This document shows, piece by piece, positions 48,063 to 61,100 of a stretch of DNA of 64,000 nucleotides. The stretch is taken from positions 2,046,001 through 2,110,000 of the forward strand of contig LSRY02000002.1 in NCBI GenBank assembly GCA_001643675.2, written 5' to 3'. The number at the start of each line of letters is the position of its first letter. Position 1 is the stretch's first letter. The DNA comes from Monocercomonoides exilis PA203 (Eukaryota; Protista; Preaxostyla). The notes beneath the pieces are model-generated. The model was not told the DNA's origin. It saw only the letters and a program-made list of their open reading frames with translations, and ran no database searches. A program made the position numbers and the translations under genes.

Positions 48063-48808
48063 CACCAAAAATTATTCAAGATCGAAAAACTTTAATTCAA
48101 AATCGAAAAAGTTTAAAACAACATCGAAAAACTTTAATTCAACATCGAAAATTATTATTCGAAATCGGAAAACTTTAATTCGAAATCGAAAATATTTAAT
48201 TCAACATCGAAAATGTTTAATTCAAAATCGAAAAAGAAGATAATTTGTTCAGAATTTCTATTCAAGTCAAAACCAAAGAAATTTTATTGACGTAGATGTT
48301 TATAATTGCAAATGTTTATTTATTGGAAATGTTTTTCTTTCGTTTTGAACGACTGTTTTCTATGATAAAGACTGATATCAATCGATTCTTTTCTCATTTT
48401 GAATATTGAAAATGTTTTATTTTTTCAGTTTCCAATGAAATATATGAATTCAAAACATTTCGTATTCAATAAATGAGATGAAATTCTATCTTTTTGTGCA
48501 CAAAACAAGATCATGAACTATCCTATCACTTTTATTTTTTTCTTAAATTCCTTGTAATCTCCTGAACACATGTGAAAAGTTTAATTATCACTCAGTTTTA
48601 TCCTATTTCCACTATTTAACACAATCATATATCAAAAAAAACATCAAAAAATATTTTTCAAATTGAAATCGACAAATTTCTGAGATCAATAACTGAAAGA
48701 ATAGAAACTGACATGAGCATGAATTTTATAAAAATTTTTCAAATTTTTTGATGATCAAGAATTTTCGATGTTGAATTAAAATTTTTCGATGTTGAATAAT
48801 TTTTGGTG
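48063..48808. mobile_element. TA-flanked non-autonomous element with TIRs built from 21-bp tandem repeats
   Basis: TA|CACCAAAAATTATTCAA at 48061 and TTGAATAATTTTTGGTG|TA at 48810. About 8 copies of TTCAAMATCGAAAAACTTTAA on the left (48075-48235) and about 2 inverted copies on the right (48760-48797). Confidence 0.75.
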
Positions 48809-49149
48809 TAGATTTCAAGAAAAAATGAAATGTGATTATCTCATACAAAAGCATGTTCAATAATCAAATGATTTCTCATTGAACAATTGTCATTTATTCG
48901 CCATCCAAATACAAATCATTTTTGGTTTTTGTTTTAATCGCATTGCACAGAGAATCAACTTGAAATTTTGCTCTTTTCTCAAAAAGTGATTCGAAAAAAT
49001 CTATTCCAGCAATTCATAAAGCAACTTATTTGATTAATGAATTCAACACAATTGCATTCATTGTCACACAAACAGAAAACCGAATTTTATTTTTTTCAAA
49101 TTTTCAATATTGATCATATTACAAATCCATATTAATGACAATTACAAAA

Positions 49150-50360
49150 GAATAATCATTGCCCGAGTTGAGAAAGGAATTAGCTTCATCTGAAATATTG
49201 CGACAAAAATCAATATCTGAGAATATTTTCGAACTTCGAAAAGATCATTTGACTTTGAAGAAACAAACTGTGGATTCTGGTTCAATATTAATCGTTCGAA
49301 GAACAGAGGAAAAGCTGCAGAAAAGCACAAAAAGCAAGCAATAGTGAATGGAAGATCCAGAATAATAATACCAGAATTAATCGTTATAATTGAGAACCAA
49401 GTTATTGTAGTGATATCAAAATGTTAAATGATCACAGTCAAAAATGTTCACAAAATGGTTTATGTTTATTTTTCATGATGAAATTTATCTAAAAAAATAT
49501 TTTTCATATTATGGAGCATATTGAGAATCTTTGCAAGACGAAGAAGTAAAAAAATATAAAGTTTAACTGCAGTGCATCGTGCAATTAAAAGAAGCTGTGT
49601 TTTGAAATCAGCCATTTCCAATCCAAAGGAAGCCAAAAAATATATCATAACAATAATCTAGCGTTGCACAAAAATGGTTCGAAGAACTTTATCAGATTGT
49701 GAATGACAATGAAATAAGTGCATCAGGAATATTTTTATTTTGTCGAAACTTCGCTTCACCAAGGTGAAAATTTTTGCAAACAAGTGATACGTTTGCAAAA
49801 TCAGAAACTCACTTCAACTCTATCTCCAAAAAAATAAAACTTCAATCACAACTTAATGCCTTTGCGCATGTGCAGATGGCTCTTGTTTTCCTTCTTATCT
49901 TCTTTAGCTCGCAAAAATAAAAAACATCATCATTATTAAATTTCCACAAATATTAACTTATCTTTTTCAACCGTGAGATAATTCTATTTTTTCAATATTC
50001 AAAAAACGATTCAACAACAGCTTCATAGCCCAATCAGATCGTTCTTCTTCCGCATTTCTCTCCGCTGTCTTTGACATTCTCCCAGAAGCTCTTTCTGCAG
50101 CAACAACTCCTTCAAATAACAAACATACTTTCAAACAAGCAGATGGTAAGCTAATCAAAGCCACTCCGGCACTAATAATAACAACAAAGGAACTCGAAAA
50201 AATCAAATCATTATGCTTTGAGAAAGACAATGAACAATTATCTGGAAGATTTTTTCCAAAGAAAGAGAAACATGAAGAAAAAGCTTTCGAGATTATGAAA
50301 TCAGATAAAGGAAAAGACATAACAACCATGAATGGAAAAGATAAAGAAAGTGGATAGAGA
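49150..50360 (+). pseudogene. Heavily decayed pogo/DDE_1 transposase remnant
   Basis: SFDFEETN near 49250 resembles IFNxDET. IIIIKFPQILTYLFQP*DNSIFSIFKKRF near 49925-50010 resembles LPxHxTHxLQPLDxxxFxxFK. Confidence 0.5.
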
Positions 50361-50614
50361 TCAACAATTTGAAGTTTGTCAATTTTGATGACTAAGAAAA
50401 AAAATGTTCAAGATATGATTTTTAGAAATTTAAGAGAAATGAAGAAAAGAATGAACCTGCAAAGATGAACGTTTCTTGAAAAAGTAATTAAAATGAAAGC
50501 AAAAAGAAATTATGGAGAATGCATTGAGAATTGAATATAATGACGATACAAGTGAGAATGAAAGCACAAAGACAATTTAAAGTAGAATTTCATACCGATA
50601 ACGCTTTTCAAATC

Positions 50615-51785
50615 AATAATACTGGGGAAAATACAAACTTTCAAGCTTTTTTTGTACAAAGCTTGAAAAAATTGTTTCACTTATAGCATAATTAAACTTT
50701 ATCAAATTTCAAAATAAATTAGATTTTCATAACTGAAAACAAACATCATAGATGTAATAACAAAATGTTTTTAACCTCACCCGTATTTCAAAAAATAAAC
50801 CCATTTTATTTAGTTTTTTTGATCATAAAAAGTTCATCAAAATAGCATAATTTTTCAATGAAAATGCCTAAAGTCAAATATTTTGTTCCATATGGGATTA
50901 TAATTTTCGTAATTATGATTTTTTTTGGAGTGTTGATTTTTTCTAGGTTGTTTGTCATAAGGAAGAGATTTTGTATTCAAAGGCTGAATTTATAACAACT
51001 GTTTCAAAAACAAATGGTAAAGCCGAAATAAAAATAAAGATGACTTTTTCTAGTTATTTTTCTTTTCAGTGTTCTTTTGAAAATATTCATGGTATATTTA
51101 GAACCGATATGGGTGATTCTTTTTGAAAAGTCGCAAATGTTTAATTTTCAAATAAATCAAAAATTTCATATTTTGCTCAAATTTCTGTTTCAGCTCACAA
51201 ATCTCCTCAAGAATGTTTGAAATAGCATTGTCATGAAATAGATTCCATATTAGTGAAGTTTGGCTTGTGAAAACAAAATTTTGAGCAAAATATGAAATTT
51301 TTGATTTATTTGGAAATTAAACATTTGTGACTTTTCAAAAAGAATCACCCATATTTTTGTCAGAAAAAATAAGACATCAAAAATTATCACCCATATGTTG
51401 CTTGAAGTTAAAAAAATCCAGAGAATATGTATTTATCTCCAAGAAATTCAAAAGGATTGATTTTTTATTCGAATAACATTTGTTCCCTCAATTCATCAAA
51501 TGCTATTTGGAGCAAAATACTATATCTCAGGCATTTTCATAGAAAAATATTGCACATTTCATTGACTTTTTTTGATCAAAAAACACGTTGAAAATATATT
51601 CGTTTTTTGACACTCGTGAAATGTGACAAAACTTTATGTTTTGATTTCAACGATGCCAGAATACGGATATGAACATCAAATTTATTTCTAAATCTGATTA
51701 AGTTAAATAATGTTATGAGAGAAGCAATTTTTCAATTCCTAATGCAAAAAAAGCTTGAAAGTCCTGTTTTCCCCTATTTGACATA
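50615..51785. mobile_element. Old foldback-type element with diverged inverted arms of about 280 bp
   Basis: Colinear inverted matches: ACTTTCAAGCTTTTTTTG/CAAAAAAAGCTTGAAAGT, TTTTTTGATCA/TGATCAAAAAA, ATGAAAATGCCT/AGGCATTTTCAT and GGGGAAAA/TTTTCCCC. Confidence 0.7.
51110..51351. mobile_element. Young MITE with TIRs of about 80 bp and TA flanks, nested in the older element
   Basis: TA|TGGGTGATTCTTTTTGAAAAGTCGCAAATGTTTAATT...CATATTTTGCTCAAA has a near-perfect inverted copy ending AAAAAGAATCACCCA|TA. Confidence 0.85.
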
Positions 51786-53457
51786 AAAATGTTTTTATCA
51801 TCAGTGTTTTTTGTTGAAAAAGGCAAATGAAAATTGAATTAAACGTTCCCATTCGTTGTGAGAAATTCGTTTAAAATGAAAATGATGGAACATGTTATCT
51901 GAAAACTTCTTTGAAAAGAACAATACACAAAATTCAAAAGAATTACTAAAAAATACATGAAAAACTCTTATATTATTCCTGAAAGAAGAAACAATTTTTT
52001 TCATTTTCATTCGAATCTTTAATTGATTGAACATCATTCAACTGTCAATAAAACATGAAAATAAAATGTTAAGAATGATTGAATGATCTTTCAACATGAT
52101 GAATTTCCAGGTTTTTGAAAGATTAACGAATTTTTGAACAATTTAATTGAATTTTTGATCATGAATTGAACACATTTGATTTCAAATTATTGCTTTTCAA
52201 TGTTGAACAAATTATGGTGCGTGGAAAAAAAATGCATTGCAAAAACTGAAAATTAACTTCGAAAATGGTTGGAAATATTTTATCAATACATTTTTTTGTA
52301 AAAAAAATATGACAAAAAAGTGCTTTTGAATGTTGCATTGCGTTGTGATCTGTTGAAGACATTTTTTCTTTAAAAGCTTATTATTCCAAATTTTATCTTT
52401 TTCGAAATGAGTGCATGTTTTTGATTTGATTCAATCTATTTGTATTTAGTCAATCTTATATAATTTGACTTTATCAAATTTGATTTGAATTGATCATTTT
52501 TTGATTTTTTTTGAAAACAATTATGAGTCAATTACGATCAAGATATTGACTTAATTTTTTTAACTCTCTTCCTTGTTGGTAGATCTTAAAAATACAACAT
52601 GTTTGTGAATTCTTTTTTTGATTGTTTAATGTATTTATTGTTTATTTTCAAAATCTCTTATTCCGATTCGGATTATAATGAACAATTTGAAACTTACGTT
52701 TTTAACACGAGCGAGAGATGATCAACAGTTGAAATCTATTTTACATCTGTATTTTGGACAACAAAATAGCTATATTGATTTAATTTTGTTGATATTTTTG
52801 TTTTTGTTGTTTTTTTGTTTCATTTCATTTTTATTAGTATGTTTTGAACAGAAAACTAACAAACATATAGAAATTTAATAAATAAACAAAATTTTTGTTT
52901 TTCATTCAAAAAAATAAATTCAGAATTGGAAATATTAATTATTTAAGATTATTAAAAAGATGAGATGGTTGCTAAAAGAAGTCATAGAATAAATTAATGA
53001 TAATCACTTTTTATTCAGCAACGATTGTAGAACAGATGGAGGTTTATTTTGTTTTGAATCAACAGAAGAGGAAGAAGAAGCAGTAGATGAAGATGAAGAT
53101 GAAAAGGAAGAAAAAGGTTGTGATTGTGAAAACGAAGGAAAAGGTTGAGTTGAAGATGGAGAAAAAATATTTATCGATTTGTATTGCTGAGGCAGGTGCC
53201 AAGCTTGTGAATTATCACAATTTTGATCTTCATCTAATTTATTACTTTCATTTTACAAAATTTGCATTCTTTGCTCGCTTCTTTGTTCCAAAACTTCGCT
53301 GTTCGCTCTTTCTCTTCTTTCTTTCGCTTTTTCTGCTTCGTACGCCATTCGATCATCGTCAGAAGCATCGAAAATAAAAAAATATGGTAAAATGATGTTT
53401 ATAAAAAAGAAAAAAATAGTAAAAGAAAATAAAAAATAATGGTATAAAAGTGGAAGA

Positions 53458-54510
53458 TTAACCTCCAATTTTTGCCAAAATTGTAGTTATTGTGGGTGTC
53501 AGGGTATTTTCTGGATTGAGATTATTTTTCATTTTGGAGAAATATCTGGCATTGTCCACCTTCTTTGCATCAACTTTTCTCAAGTAATTCGAATATAATT
53601 CCTCCAAAAACAATGAATTTTCTTCTGCATCTTTCTTTGTGAGTGGATTGTGCAAGATATGAAAGTTTGTTAGGCATCAGTTTAGTGAAAAATAGTCCCC
53701 AACACGCTCCATTTCAATAACCCATGGATGACGGAAGACAGAAAAGAGAGTTTTGTATCTATCAAAGAATCTTTCAAAAATGACACAATGAGATGCAAGC
53801 TCAGGAGTTCCAATTGGCTTTGTAATAATCGCCCCAAGCTCTGGTTTCGCTCCTATGAAAGCGGAATCGGCCAAAATCTTTGCTCCTCCAAGCTTTTGAA
53901 CAAATGTGTGGTAATGTTCTTTGAAAATAGTGAAATCGTGAGTTGACCCAGAGTAGATAGAACTGATTGTTCTTGCTGTCCCCACCTTGGAGTTCACTCT
54001 CACCTCCTCCTTAACACAATAGATGTGATGCTTCCTTGATAAGTGTTTTTTTACAAACTCCAACCTCCCTCCAGGTCTTTTTGTTGGAATTACTGTGCAG
54101 TCGAGCACAATTCCCACCTCTTTCATTTGCTCTAGACGATCTGGACGAAATGAAAGAAAAAAATTTGCAAGTTGCGGCTTAAAATTTGATGCTGTGGAAT
54201 GAAGAAGTCGAACAGTTGAAGTTTGAGATTCGTGCTTTGATTGAGATATGACGTGTGTAAAAAAAATAGAGCTGTGATGAAGAAAAACTTACAAAAGAAA
54301 AAGTTGTTCATCCAAAGATTCGATTGATTCTGCACTTCCACGATGAGGTTGGGCTGATAGTGAGAGAAGACGAAGAAGCAAGTCGAATTCATAACGAACA
54401 AACCCAGTCAGTCGGTGAAAACCGAAAGATGGATCAGTAAATTTTTTTCAAAATTTATCGATGATTGATTGCTGATCATCATCAGATATAATCTCTATAT
54501 AAGATGGCAT
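53458..54510 (-). pseudogene. PIF/Harbinger-ISL2EU-like (DDE_Tnp_4) transposase pseudogene
   Basis: Single frame from ATG 54510 with 3 internal stops. Motifs are FHRLTGFVRYEF and LDEQLFLL (HTH-like), VLDCTVIP, RKHHIYCVK, GSTHDFTIF, ILADSAFIG and VIFERFFDRYKTLF. Confidence 0.8.
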
Positions 54511-55096
54511 CACATTTCTTTTTTCTACGCTCTTTAAAATATCGAAAAATGGAGATTGAGACATGAATAATGAAGCTTCAAAAAAGTAAAATACAAAAAC
54601 TCCCATAAATAACAATTATTTTCGATCGCATTTGCACCCGCAATTATTGTAATTTGCATTGACTCAATCAAATCGATTTATCTCGATCTAATTTGCATTA
54701 TGTTTAACTTATCTGCTTTAGCAAAGGCAAATAATATATGACCTGTTCAAATAGCATAAGTTCAATTATCAATGTTTATTTGAAGCATACTTAAAAAAAA
54801 AAAGCAATTATTTTGCTTGATTACTTGCTTATTTTTCTTCCAGGGAAAAAATAAGAAAGTTAGAAAGATTATTATATGAGCATTGAAAAGCATTTGCACA
54901 TAAAAGTCAATCAAGTATCAGAACAATGATTCTTATGCTACATGTAAAATTTTAATCAACAGAAAATTAATCCCACACTTAAATTATTTGCCCTCGTTCA
55001 ATCAGCAGAATTAAGTAACTGCCTTTGCAAAATCAGCTACCTTAAAAATGAACTTCTCCAAAAGTGCTCTTATTAATAAATGGATAACAGGTTTGA

Positions 55097-56166
55097 TCAA
55101 TCTTCATCAAATATATCACTTGTATCATCTTTACCACAGAGTACGTCAGTGGAGTTATCTTCATCATCACTTTTTTTAAGATTTTTGGTGCTTTTTGTTT
55201 TGTTTATTTTCAAAATTTCTTCAGTTATTGGATGCGAAGATGTATCAACTTCTTTGAGAGGCTTATTCAATTTCTTTCCCCTTTCACTATCTACATCCAT
55301 TCCTTCCGTTCTAAATGTGTTTGCGCCCAGAGAATTTGTAGTAGCAATATCTTTTGGTTGAACAGCCTGAATAAATAATTACAATATTTTTATAAACAGT
55401 CAAAAAATAAACTAAAAATGCAATACAAAATAAAATTTCATTGGATCTTTTAGTAAGTCTTCCTTGATAATTGTAATAACATAAGGATCCTCAGTATCTG
55501 GATAAAACAATTCAAAAAATGAATGTAAGCGAGTGCTTTTTAAATGAGATTTTTCATCAAATTTCTGAGATGCATCATGCAAAGTTCTTTTATTTTCTTT
55601 TTCTTTCAAAATTGTGTTTGCTTTTGATATAGCTGAAAGGATATTCTACAACAAATATATCCATAATAAAACCCATGAGACATAATTTTCTCTAAAAAAC
55701 AAACCATTTTGTCCTTCCAATGTATTTGGGTTGCTTCAAGAAAACGTGGTTTTCCTTTTAAAGATCTAATGTAAGAAATTTCAAGAGTTTCGTTTGTAAA
55801 ATACAAATTTTTCGAGAATTCCTTTAAAATAACACAAGATGCATAATAAAAGACAATAATCAACGAAAAAATTGCACACAAAAGTAGCTTTTAAACTCAA
55901 TGGATTATTTTCAATAAAGGAAAATTCGATATTCACGCAAGAATTCATTGCTTGAACAGTATCATAGTCCATAAAATATTGAGTCAAAGCCGAATGGCTG
56001 CGCAATGTTTTACACCAAAATTTTGGTACATGTCGAAATAGTTCAGCTCTTCTGGAGTATAAAGAATACAGCTTTTGCTGATAAGAAAGTGATGCCTGAC
56101 AAAATTCCTTTAACATGTCATGGGTATGTGCTTTTATTTTTTTTCCAAGTATTCTTTCATTATCGC
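55097..56166 (-). CDS. Nucleosome assembly protein (NAP/SET/TSPY family), multi-exon, 5' end uncertain
   Basis: Spliced pieces give LYSRRAELFRHVPKFW, FSKNLYFTNETL, TQIHWK, SFFELF and IKEDLLKDPMKFYF, followed by an acidic tail. Confidence 0.82.
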
Positions 56167-56864
56167 CTTTTATTTAGCGAATATTTCAAAAAACAAACAA
56201 ATAACAAAATTTCGCAAACTGAATGATATTATTTTTTGAAAAGAAAAAGCATACATTTAAAATCATATCTTTCTCCTTTTTGTAATATGTTACTTTCTTC
56301 TAAACACATACAATCTTATTTTTAAATTACAGGAGTATTCCATAAAATTAAAGATGGCTTGATCACAATAAACTTTCGATTCTCTTATTTTAACAGTGGA
56401 CGTGGTACTCTTTTGTTTGAGATCCAAAAGTTCTTTGAAAATATAAGAATCATCACATTATATTATGCATCTTTTAAAAATATTGAAATTCAAATTAGTA
56501 AATAAAACTTTTTTTGAAATTCTTTTTGAAAAAAATAATTACTTCCAAGATGTTATCAAAATAAAAGACAAGAAAAAAACATTCACAAAGAGTGGCAAAA
56601 TATAATTTCAAAAAAATTTAAGACGGTATTACAAAAAGCTTTTTAAATTATTTTTCTGAAAATACTTAAACAAGACAGAAAATAGTTCTTATATGATACA
56701 TCTCCAAAAAAATAATAAAATAAATTAAACAGAATTTATAAAATTAACAAAACAACAATTTATTAAGACATTTAAAATGAAATCAAAAAAGGTAACAAAA
56801 ACAAAAAACAAAAAACAGTTAATTTTTCAAAAGTTCTCAATTATATTCCTAATGGCAGTTGTTT

Positions 56865-58095
56865 TCAGTGATGAGTCAAATTGTTATTCCAATTGCTCTG
56901 TGAGCATCTCTCAACAGTATTTATGATGGAGCTTGCAAAAAAGCAAACAGACTCCGATGGATGGAACAAATAGGAATACAACACATCAAATTCTCCATTC
57001 GCCTCCATCTCGTCAATACAGGAAATAAAAAGCTCATCCACATGAACTCTATTTGACTGCACCAGTTCACTTGAGACACTTGACTCGCTTTCCTGTGCTG
57101 AAGTGAGCCTCTTTGACTGACGTCGCGAGCTGTGGGAGCATCCAATATCTTCCTTCAGCAGCACCACATCCATCTCCTCTTTAGTCAACAGCTGATTCTG
57201 ACTGCCACTGAAAGAGCTGAACAGCCTTTCTTCCTGTTCATTCACAGCATTATCCACAATCAGCTCTCGATCAGCATCGTCTTCCAGATCAGCTGCTTCA
57301 ATCATCTGTGTCACAGATATTGTTGGATAGGGCGGTGGAGATGATTGAGTAAGCAAACAGGGAGAAGAAGGAGCAGAAAGATGCAAAGAAGAAGGATGCC
57401 CTTCTAGTGAATGATGAGCATTCTCACAATTGCTGCCTGAAACAACAGAATCAGAATTAAGTTCGGAAGCAGAAGAAGAAGTAGATGTGTCTGTGTTTGA
57501 GTTGTGCTGTGAAAAGAACGAGAAAAACGATAAAGTCTTCTTCTTCTCTGCTGTTTTTCCCATTTGTCTTGTTTGTGTTCTGTTATTCCCTGTTCTCATG
57601 CCAGTTGAAAGAGAACCAAATCCCAAGTTGAACGAAGGGAGAGAAGGAGGCGACGGAGTTGGCTGTGGATGAGCATTCGAATGGCCAGCTGAAACAGCAG
57701 AGGAGTCTGAGGCATCTGAAAGAGAAGGAGTGGATGAAGGAGTGTTTGTATTAATATTCGTATTCGTATTTGTGATAGAATTTGAATTTGTATTTGTGCT
57801 TCGTGTGTCTGAGCGTCTGTTGTTTGCCTTCTCTCCGAAGGATGCTTGGAAGGAAGAGACCATCGAAGAGAAGGAGAACGAGGGCTTGGCAGAAGACGTG
57901 GTCTGTGAAAAAGTGGAGGAAGCTGATTGGCTTTGATCGAAAGAAGGAAGGCTGATGGGAATAGTTAATGGTGTGTCAGAAGTGGTAGAAGAAGAAGAAG
58001 AGGAAGAGGAAGAAGAGGAAGAAGAAGAAGAAGAATAGGAAGAAGAAGAAGAGGAAGAGGAAGAGGAAGAGGAAGAAGAAGAAGAGGAAGAGGAA

Positions 58096-58127
<32 letters not shown>

Positions 58128-61100
58128 GGAAGAGGAAGAAGATGCTATTGTTGTTATTGATGAAGATTGTGAAGGTGTTTGCGATGGTGAAGAAGGTGCT
58201 GATGCTGATGATGGTGTTAATTGTAAAAGAGCTTGTGAGGAAGAAAGCAAAGAAGAAGTCGGATTTCCAGTCGATTGAACAGAAGATGGCTGAGAAAGTG
58301 ACTGCAGTGGATGAAGAGAAGAAGAAGAAGAAGAAGAATTAGAAGTAGAATTAGTATTAGAAAGAGGATAAAAAGGAGTATTAGAATTAGGATTAGGGTT
58401 AGAGCGAGGATGAAGTGGAGGAGGGGGGGGAGGGGGAGGAATGTGATGTGGAAGAGGAGGAGGAGGTGGTGGGGGTGGAGGTGGCTGTTGGATTGGGGTG
58501 ATGACAGACAACTGCTCAGAAGGAGAGGAAGGGATATGAAGATCATCAGGATGATGAGGAAAAGGAGAAGAGGAAATATCAGAAGAGAAAGAGGATGAAG
58601 GAGAAGAAGGAGCAGATGAAGAACATAATGAAGTGGTTTGACTTGATAAAGAAGAGGAGGAAGAAGATGACGATGATGAAGAAGTTGAGGAAGCAGATGA
58701 AGAAGAACGAGAATTCATCATTGATGCAAAAGAGAATGAAGGAGTGGCACCAGATGTAGAATTCGAAAACAAAGAAGAGGAGAAGAAGGAATTGCTGCTT
58801 GTCTTCATTATATCAGGTGAAGATACAGCTGGCAAAGAAGAATTGTTCAGATCTGATAAATGATTGGAAGAAGAAGAAGGCAAGGAAGGTGATTGAACAG
58901 AAGAAGCAGCAGAAGAAGCAGAAGAAGAGGCTGAAGAGGAAGGACTAAGAGAAGGAGAATGACAAGCAGAAGAGGAAGAAGAAGCAATTGAATTTGAAAT
59001 GGGAGAGGATGTGACTGAAGAGGAAGATGAAGAAGGAGCAGAAGAAGAGGAAGAATTAGGAGTATTAGTAGTAGTAGTAGAAGAAGAAGAAAGCATCGAG
59101 GCAAACGAAAACGAGGGTTTAGCGACAACAGTCGAAGAAGAGAAAGAAGAGAAAGAAGAGCATTTTTCTTGCAGTTGCTGTTCGCAGGGGCTTTTTGGAT
59201 CGAATGGCAGGTCTTTTCTTTCAGGTGTGGATGAGGCAGAGTGAAGAGGGGTGGCTGAAGAGCTGGCAGAGAACAGCTTGGAAGAGAACATGGTGGAGAA
59301 GGAGAAAGAAGGCTTGGCAGAAGAAGAAGAGGAGGAGAAGCGGGAGAGTGTGAATGAAGACTGAGAGGTTGGCGAGAGAGAAGAAGAAGAAGAAGGAGAA
59401 GAAGGAGAAGAAGGAGAAAGAAGAAGTTCATCTGGAAGAGATGATGAATTGTCACTCAGTTCTAGTGATAATGGCACTCTTTGTGTTGATAGAAGTGGAT
59501 CATCACATACAAACACTTGATTGGATGAAGTTTCAGTGAATGATTGAGAGTCTGTTGTCGTTGAAGATGATGAAGATGGCTGTGAAATATCAACAGAATT
59601 AACCTGATTAATATCAGCTTGCAAACAGGAATCGTTCAGAACAGCTTTGTCATACTCTTTTTGCGTCTGTTCAATGTGTGTTGTGCCTTCATTGTTTACA
59701 GAAGAATCAGTAGAATCAGAAGCAGAAGAGGAAGAGGAGGAAGAAGAAAAATCAGAAGAAGAAGAAATTGCATTCTTCCTCTTTGCCATTTTGTTTGCTC
59801 CTGCTCCAATTTTCATCTGTTCCATTCTTTCTCTCTTTTCCCTCCGTTCTCTTTCGCTGTTCTTCCAATTCTGCAGCATTTTCTCTCTCTCATTCGCTGC
59901 ATAGTTGTTAAGCTCTTCCTCGTCTTTCTCTTTCTTCTGCTTCTCTTCCATTCTCCTGGCGATTGTCTGCGCGGTTAGAAGAAGAGGAGGAAGAAGTACA
60001 TTCGAAGAGGAAGAGGAGGAGGAAGAAGAAGTTTTCACAGAAGATGGCTGAGATGGAAGAAAAGCAGGAGATTCAGCAGAAGGCAGAGTGGCAGACGGTT
60101 TCAAAGGGAATGAAGACAAAGACAAAGAAGATGCTCTTAGAGAAGAAGAAGAGGAAGAGATGGAAGTTGTGGGCTGGGCAAATGGATTGTATGAAGAGAA
60201 GAAAGAAGAATTGGTCTTGGTAGAATCAGAAGATGGCTGTGGACTTATCATTTTTGAAGAAGAAGAAGAAGAAGAAGTGAAGTTTCGGAAGGAAGTTAAC
60301 CAGGAAGAAAACAAAGAAGTTTGCTTTTCAGGTTGAGAAGAATTTGAAGAAGAAGAAGTAGTAGTAGTAGTAGTAGAAGATGATGATGAAGGTTTCCACC
60401 ATCTCGACAGAAAAGACGAAGATTCACTTGATTCATCTCCACTTGATTGTGAAGAAGACTTTGGTTTCTCTGTTTTCTCTGATTTCTTTGTGTTCCATGG
60501 AAAAGAGGGAATTTTGAACATCTTCCAAAAGCCACCATTAGAAGAAGAAGAGGAATCAGATTGAGGAATATGAGTAGTAGGTGGGTCGGGTGCGGGGAGG
60601 AGGGTGGGAGAAGGAGGAGGGGTGTATGAAGTGAATGGAGGAGAGAGTCTGACTGTGGGCGGAGAGACATCGACATACGAAGGAGCAGCTGACAGAGCAT
60701 CCTCAATGGACATTGTAGAACCATCAGGTGAGATTGAGGTTGAGGGTGAAGAGAGATATGACTCAGGAGAAGACAGACTTTGTGGTTTCATATGCTTCAG
60801 AGAAGAGAAGGATGAAGGAGGGTTCTCAGACATTGAGGCATACAATGCAGCTAATTCTGGTTCCTGTTCGCTTTTCGTAGATAACAACTGGATAAACGGG
60901 GTCAAAGAAGATTTGTCATTTTCCTGTTTGGCTTGGCCCTTGTTGTAAAAGGATATAATTTGACTCAATGATAAATCATCGCTTTTCTCTTTTCCAGCCA
61001 TTTCTACACTCATTTGATCAGATACCATGCACATTCCCATTTTTTCATCCTCCCACTTTCTCATGTTATTCATTTCTTCTTCTTTCTCTTCTTTAATTTT

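Noticed and set aside
48075-48235. 21-bp repeat array as CRISPR, or ORF 47998-48243 as a gene
   Set aside because: The repeats are contiguous with no unique spacers and there are no cas genes. They are subterminal repeats of a TIR element, and the ORF is a by-product.
58380-58500. Poly-Pro tract as evidence for a formin, and TTAGGGTTAG as telomeric repeat
   Set aside because: No FH2 domain follows the tract, and the hexamer simply encodes Asn-Pro repeats within the ORF.
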